This document shows, in pieces, positions 34,743 through 39,025 of a DNA stretch of 39,025 bases. The translations under genes were made by a program, and so were the position numbers. The notes below the pieces were generated by a model. That model ran no database searches, was not told the origin of the DNA, and saw nothing but the letters and a program-made list of their open reading frames with translations. The stretch's first letter is position 1. Each line of letters opens with the position of its first letter. Where the stretch lies: contig CAZUIM010000019.1 of assembly GCA_964620325.1 (NCBI GenBank), forward strand, positions 1,142 through 40,166, in the 5' to 3' direction. Source of the DNA: an uncultured Thermotogae bacterium (GTDB lineage Bacteria; Bipolaricaulota; Bipolaricaulia; UBA7950; UBA9294).

Positions 34743-35098
34743 AAGCCCGACTTGACTGCATTCTGGGGACCGGACGCCCTACCCCGTGCGAAAAGGACCG
34801 ATGTCCCGATTCAATATGAGTACCTCGGCTTCGCTGTAGCGTGCGTTCATGGCGGCCGTCTCGCAGTGCGTCATCCACAGCGCCTTGACGGGGATCGTCA
34901 GCCTTATGGTCGCCGGTCCGGAACCTGTCTGTTCGGTTGGAACTGGCGAAGGTTCGCGGGATGCGCACGCTGAATGTGCAGGAGACGATCGAGCGGACGG
35001 GCTCCCCATCGACGTGAATGGACGAGCGATCCTTGATGGGGCCCGCGGCGAGCGCATCCGGGCCGCACTCTGCCGGTGGATGAACCGCGTTGTGGATG

Positions 35099-35124
35099 TT
35101 CAAAACATAACACTGTGCTATAAT
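35099..35124 (+). promoter_or_regulatory. Promoter with extended -10: TTCAAA-N14-TGcTATAAT, upstream of the C-N hydrolase gene. It contains the 13-mer AACATAACACTGT also found at 37297-37309.
   Basis: TATAAT at 35119-35124 is preceded by TG at 35116-35117. A GAAGGAGG RBS lies at 35158-35165, before ATG 35173. Confidence 0.5.
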
Positions 35125-35172
35125 GGCAACGATCTCCCAGCACGTCTCTGAGTTCTCGAAGGAGGCTCTTCA

Positions 35173-36042
35173 ATGAGCCAAGTACAGAGGGCATCATCGC
35201 TCAAGGTTGCAGCCGCAACGATCACGCCGAGTCTGGAGCCGTCCACGACACGGGAACGGATCCGCGCGGTCGTCGAGAATACGATGGCTAGTCACCCGGA
35301 CGTCCGCTTGATCCTGTTCGGGGAGGTCATCCTTGGCTGGTTCGGCAGGAAGGGGCACACGCGCGAGTACCATCAATCGATCGCGGAACCCATCCCGGGG
35401 CCGTCGACGGGCTTCGTCGGCGACCTTGCCCGCGAGCACGGGGTCTACATCTCCTTCGGCCTGTCCGAACGCGCCGACGACGCCATCTACAACACGCAGG
35501 TTCTCCTGTCTCCGGAAGGTGAGCTTGTGGCGGCTCACCGAAAGTTCTGGATCATGAATCCGGCGTTCACGGCAGGGAAACGAACGCTCACCACGGCGCA
35601 AGTCGATGCTGCAAAGGTCGCGCTGCTTGTCTGTGCGGACGTGAGAAGCCTAAGCATCCTCCGAGCGATTCGGAAGCAGAAGGTCGACCTCGTCCTGGCG
35701 GGGCTCGCCGACTACGGGACGGATCCCTCGATGAGCGCGATCATCGGGACATTATTCGATGCGTGGGCGATCACCGCGAACCGCTACGGCGTGGAAGACG
35801 CCATTCAATGGCAAGGCCTGACCACCATGACCGACCGGTGGGGGCGGCTCGTACAATGGAGCGTCAGCCGGGAGTGCGTTCTGGTCCAGGACATCGAGGT
35901 CGATTGCGGCTCTCCCTGGACACGGTTCGCCCGAAGAACCCGTGTTGCCTTCCGCTCGATCGGCCTGATCGTAGCGATGGTTGCTCGAAACACGTGGTCG
36001 AAAGCCGCCGGATCGTCTCGTGGTGCCGGCCCCGGAAAGTGA
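35173..36042 (+). CDS. Carbon-nitrogen hydrolase (nitrilase superfamily)
   Basis: LKVAAATITP...RLILFGE (catalytic Glu), HRKF (Lys) and LLVCADV (Cys) form the E-K-C triad spacing. Confidence 0.75.
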   Translation: MSQVQRASSLKVAAATITPSLEPSTTRERIRAVVENTMASHPDVRLILFGEVILGWFGRKGHTREYHQSIAEPIPGPSTGFVGDLAREHGVYISFGLSERADDAIYNTQVLLSPEGELVAAHRKFWIMNPAFTAGKRTLTTAQVDAAKVALLVCADVRSLSILRAIRKQKVDLVLAGLADYGTDPSMSAIIGTLFDAWAITANRYGVEDAIQWQGLTTMTDRWGRLVQWSVSRECVLVQDIEVDCGSPWTRFARRTRVAFRSIGLIVAMVARNTWSKAAGSSRGAGPGK

Positions 36043-36064
36043 AACACGGCACACGGACGTTGCC

Positions 36065-37274
36065 TCAATCCGTGGGAGCGGTTCGCGGCGACTCCGGCGT
36101 ATCCGCCGCCAGTCCGAGGCGGATGGCGGCGGAGTGGATTGTACCAGCCTCCGTCTCGCCGAGGTAGCACGAAAGGTCCATCGCGCGAGATTCAATGTCG
36201 TAGATCGACGTATAGACCGTGCGAATGGGGTGAAGATCGCCTTGCGCCCGCGGTCCACAAAGCACGTCGAACGACGCTTCACGGGCAATGCCCGCGAGTC
36301 GCGCCCGCGTGATCGGTTCTTGTGTCTCCAATGCACGCTTTACAGTCCGGTATCGCTCGTAGACGAAGCCTTGCTCCAGCCCGTCTCCCTCGGGAAGCGC
36401 GTCAGTATGGTCGAATCGAGAAAGCGCGAAATTCGTCATCACCAAGGGCTCGCCGTCTTCCTTGGTGGGGATGATTCGGTTGCCGCTGGGCGACTTCTCG
36501 AAGACGACCGATCGTCCGCGGGCATCAGCGACCAGATAGAGTGACGGAGTGAACATGTAATACGTGCGTAAAGAGAGAAGCGCCTCCATCGCGTCATCCG
36601 TGTCCGCGCATGTCCAGCAAGAACCGCACGACCTGTAACTCATTGAGTCCCGCTTCGGGCTGCCGGACCGGATCGTACGAGTACGCCGGCTTCGGACGGA
36701 AACCGCCGGTCAAACGGTAGTCTCCGTGAGAATTGCAGATGACGACGAGTCCTTTCTCGTTGATGCCGTCCATAGCCCCCATCAGATCGAAAACGACGAC
36801 CGATAACGATGCATACCCTTCATCCGGCGTCATGGCCAGAGCCAGGATTCTCGAAGCAGACGGGTGCGCGACCTCTCCGGTGAGATCGACACCCAAATCC
36901 ATGTTGCGAAGCACGTAGGAACGACCATCCGCCGTCCGCTGCTTCGGAATGAAACCCGCCGAGCAGCCGGGGAGCTGGACATCGAACCAGAGAGCGGAAA
37001 GATCGTGCGTCGGCTCCTCGGCTGACAAGCCGAAGGCATCGGCAACGCCGAACATCCGTTGGTAGAATGGGGGGAACCGAGCCTCGAAGAATCGGCGTTG
37101 CGCCTGGATTCGAGCGGCGTCTGGGCACGGCCGAGGAAAGGCGCCGGCTTGGTCTCGGCCGTAGGATCCGAGAGCACGCCCGATCTCTCGGTTCGTTCCG
37201 CGTAGACGCCACTCCCAAAGGGCCGCGTACGTCTCGTTGTCGCCGACTCGAAGTTGCGGGACGGGCAGGGGCAT
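36065..37274 (-). pseudogene. Ntn-hydrolase, peptidase C45/acyl-CoA:6-APA acyltransferase-like gene. It is split by a frameshift between two overlapping ORFs (36594-37274 and 36065-36643).
   Basis: ATG 37274 with an AAAGGAGG RBS. Candidate nucleophile region DVQLPGCSAGF at roughly residue 110. The downstream frame continues the same domain (VMTNFALSRF...). The two ORFs overlap by 50 nt in different frames. This is either a genuine pseudogene or an assembly or sequencing error. Confidence 0.5.
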
Positions 37275-37299
37275 GGGTCCTCCTTTGGTTCTAAGAAAC

Positions 37300-37312
37300 A
37301 TAACACTGTTAT
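37300..37312. promoter_or_regulatory. 13-bp palindrome ATAACA-C-TGTTAT embedded in a promoter-like sequence (TTCTAA-N17-TATATT on the plus strand). A half-site copy is at 35107-35119.
   Basis: Perfect 6-bp inverted arms around a central C. It sits in an unusually AT-rich patch. Confidence 0.4.
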
Positions 37313-37329
37313 ATATTGTACCTTGCGAG

Positions 37330-37815
37330 CTGCGCGCGTCAAGCGGCGGGTTCAGAGATCAGCGATGATGGACTGAAATAGACGGTGTCCGCAGAGGGGG
37401 AAAGGAAAATCGGCGCTTCGAATAACGGGGCATGCCATCGAGGTGCAGCGGTGCACGACACGCAACTTCGTAGTCAGGACTCCCGCTGCTCGGAGGAGCA
37501 GGGTCAAGTCTTGCAATGCAATATGAGTGACAGCTGGGATTCGCTAGATGCTAGTGCTGCAGTGCAAGACCTCGTATCTTGGCGGGGCGTCGTAGCTGTC
37601 GTGCATCTCTGGACTGAGTCGGATGGAGATGCTCGCGGGTGGGCAGATCGGGCAAGACCGGAACGACGAAGTCGTCAGTTCGCGGGTCAGATGGACCGCC
37701 CTCCCACAAGCCAGGACAGCATCAAGAGCGCAGCTCGCGCTGCAGCTCGTGTTTACGAGGTCAGGCTGGAGAGGGCAGCCCACACGAACTCTCCATCACT
37801 CTAGGATGACGGAGG
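37330..37815 (+). ncRNA. Candidate IS110-type bridge/guide ncRNA region (structured 5' non-coding arm of the IS)
   Basis: IS110-group elements encode their bridge RNA in the left arm upstream of the transposase (established knowledge). Here stems are visible, for example CTGCTC-ggag-GAGCAG (37481-37496) and GTCTTGCA...TGCAAGAC (37509-37571, 8-bp arms). The ORF-track ORF at 37385-37804 has poor coding character. Confidence 0.35.
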
Positions 37816-37820
37816 TTCCG

Positions 37821-38795
37821 ATGAACTGTATCGGTGTCGATGTCAGCAAGCAAGAGCTGGTCACCTTCGACGGTAGCAAGGAGCGGATCTTCCCCAACAC
37901 GAGTGGGCTAGCCGAGTTCGGTCGATTCCTCAAGCGATCGAAGGATGCGCTGGTGGTGTTCGAGCCGACGAGCACGTACTCACGCAGGCTGGAGGCGTTG
38001 TGCAGAGCGCAGCGCATCACGTGCTGTCAACTGAATCCACGTGTGGTTCCGCATCTGCGTCAAGTAGGCAAGGGACGCTCGAAGACGGACAGCACGGATG
38101 CAGAACTCCTGTATCGCTACGGGATCGAGCGCGGACACAGCGAAGCAACTCCACTCGAGAACGACGCACTGGCTGAATCGATCCAGGCGCGGCTCGCCTG
38201 CTACCGCGTGGCCCAGAAGGGGCGTGTTGCCTACCAGAACGTGTTCGAGGCGTTGAGCCAGGATCCGGAGACATCGGGAGCGCTGCTCGCTGAGCTTCGG
38301 ACGGAGATCTCCGAGCTGAAGAAGAAGGAGAAGCAGCATCTCGATGCGGCACAGCAGCTCGTCGAGGAAGATGAAGAGATCTCACAACGACTGAACGCGC
38401 TCCTCTCGATTCCCGGCGTTGGCCCGATCATCGCACTGACGCTCCTCGCGCTGTTCCGCAAGTACGCTGACGTGAATCGGGGCCAGATCGTCGCGCTGGC
38501 CGGATTCGACCCGATTCAGGTGCAATCTGGAACGTCAGTTCACGGGAAGAGCCGGATCAGCAAGCGTGGGAACCGAGAGGTCCGCAAGCGTCTGTTCGAA
38601 GCGACGTTGTCTGCCGCTCGCTACAACCCGAGCATCCGCGCGATCTACCGACGGCTAAAGGAAGCAGGGAAGCCGGAGAAGGTGGCGAGGATCGCAGCGG
38701 CGCGGAAGCTGCTACTGATTGCCCATGCTATCTACAAGAGCGGGGATCCCTACCGCGATCCGAACGTCGAGCATGAGTTCCGTAGGAACTCGTAA
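37821..38795 (+). CDS. IS110-family transposase (DEDD/RuvC-like N-terminal domain plus Transposase_20 C-terminal domain)
   Basis: ATG 37821 with a GGAGGT RBS 5 nt upstream. MNCIGVDVSKQELV...FEPTSTYSRRL (DEDD). C-terminal LSIPGVGPIIALTLLA...AGFDPIQVQSGTSVHGKSRISKRGNREVRKRL. Confidence 0.85.
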   Translation: MNCIGVDVSKQELVTFDGSKERIFPNTSGLAEFGRFLKRSKDALVVFEPTSTYSRRLEALCRAQRITCCQLNPRVVPHLRQVGKGRSKTDSTDAELLYRYGIERGHSEATPLENDALAESIQARLACYRVAQKGRVAYQNVFEALSQDPETSGALLAELRTEISELKKKEKQHLDAAQQLVEEDEEISQRLNALLSIPGVGPIIALTLLALFRKYADVNRGQIVALAGFDPIQVQSGTSVHGKSRISKRGNREVRKRLFEATLSAARYNPSIRAIYRRLKEAGKPEKVARIAAARKLLLIAHAIYKSGDPYRDPNVEHEFRRNS

Positions 38796-38816
38796 GCAAC
38801 TCAGCTTCTGAGTTGC
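38796..38816 (+). terminator. Hairpin GCAACTCAG-ctt-CTGAGTTGC directly after the transposase stop codon
   Basis: Perfect 9-bp inverted repeat. No strong U-tract. Confidence 0.35.
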
Positions 38817-39025
38817 CGTTGACCATTCGATACAGCATCTGAACATCCCTCTTGGATTTTCAAGTCGTGGGGTGGATATCCTCCCGGATCTTGTAATCTC
38901 GGTGGTCCCTGAGCATCGCCCAGATGACACGTACCAAGTGGCGTCCGAGTGATCGGACGGCTTGGTTATGTGGAGTTACCCCAGTTTCGCGGACAGTGTA
39001 GCACTTGACATTGCTGACGTACCAG

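Larger units (their letters stand above)
37312..39025 (+). mobile_element. IS110-family insertion sequence (right end at or just beyond the window edge). It has a roughly 500-bp structured 5' non-coding left arm, a DEDD transposase gene, and promoter halves split between its two ends. Boundaries are approximate.
   Basis: Lower GC (about 55%) than flanks from roughly 37315. Hairpins are present in the left arm. The transposase has N-terminal IGVDVSK and C-terminal SIPGVGP signatures. TTGACA sits 15 nt from the window end (39005-39010) and TATATT at the proposed left end (37312-37317). This is the arrangement that forms a -35/-10 promoter on circular IS110 intermediates. Confidence 0.5.

Noticed and set aside
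37385-37804. 139-aa ORF in the IS110 left arm
   Set aside because: Poor GC3 and codon bias, and no RBS. It overlaps strongly structured inverted repeats and is more consistent with non-coding, bridge-RNA-type sequence.
1-39025. CRISPR arrays, rRNA or tRNA genes
   Set aside because: No regularly spaced short direct repeats and no rRNA- or tRNA-like conserved segments were found. The only tandem repeats are protein-domain repeats inside surface-protein genes.

Overview
This 39,025-bp window is a high-GC (about 65-70%) bacterial chromosomal segment. An outer-membrane beta-barrel gene and several lipoproteins suggest a diderm (two-membrane) organism. Housekeeping genes (mutS-rsmH-ftsL-ftsI, mnmG, tpiA-pgsA, trkH-trkA) alternate with cell-envelope and accessory genes. 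The most unusual locus is at the 5' end. A 109-aa protein fuses a ribbon-helix-helix (CopG-like) DNA-binding domain to a tandem MshEN-type c-di-GMP-binding motif. It sits directly upstream of a giant, repeat-rich, secreted adhesin-like protein (partial, runs off the window). Both genes carry the same roughly 40-bp conserved upstream element. The regulator gene is also preceded by an intrinsic-terminator-like leader hairpin. Other notable items are listed below. A chagasin-family (I42) cysteine-protease inhibitor lipoprotein sits next to a secreted transglutaminase-like cysteine protease, a PKD-thioredoxin gene and a SurA-like PPIase. A second PKD-thioredoxin paralog heads a btpA-pfkB operon. 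An 8-bp perfect direct repeat with 11-bp spacing (Pho-box-like) lies upstream of a purple-acid-phosphatase-like gene. A GyrI-like/Cys-rich protein gene has a decayed partial paralog immediately upstream. An IS110-family element (partial at the window edge) has a roughly 500-bp structured 5' non-coding arm and split promoter halves; a frameshifted peptidase gene lies beside it. Many long antisense ORFs in the six-frame track are high-GC artefacts.
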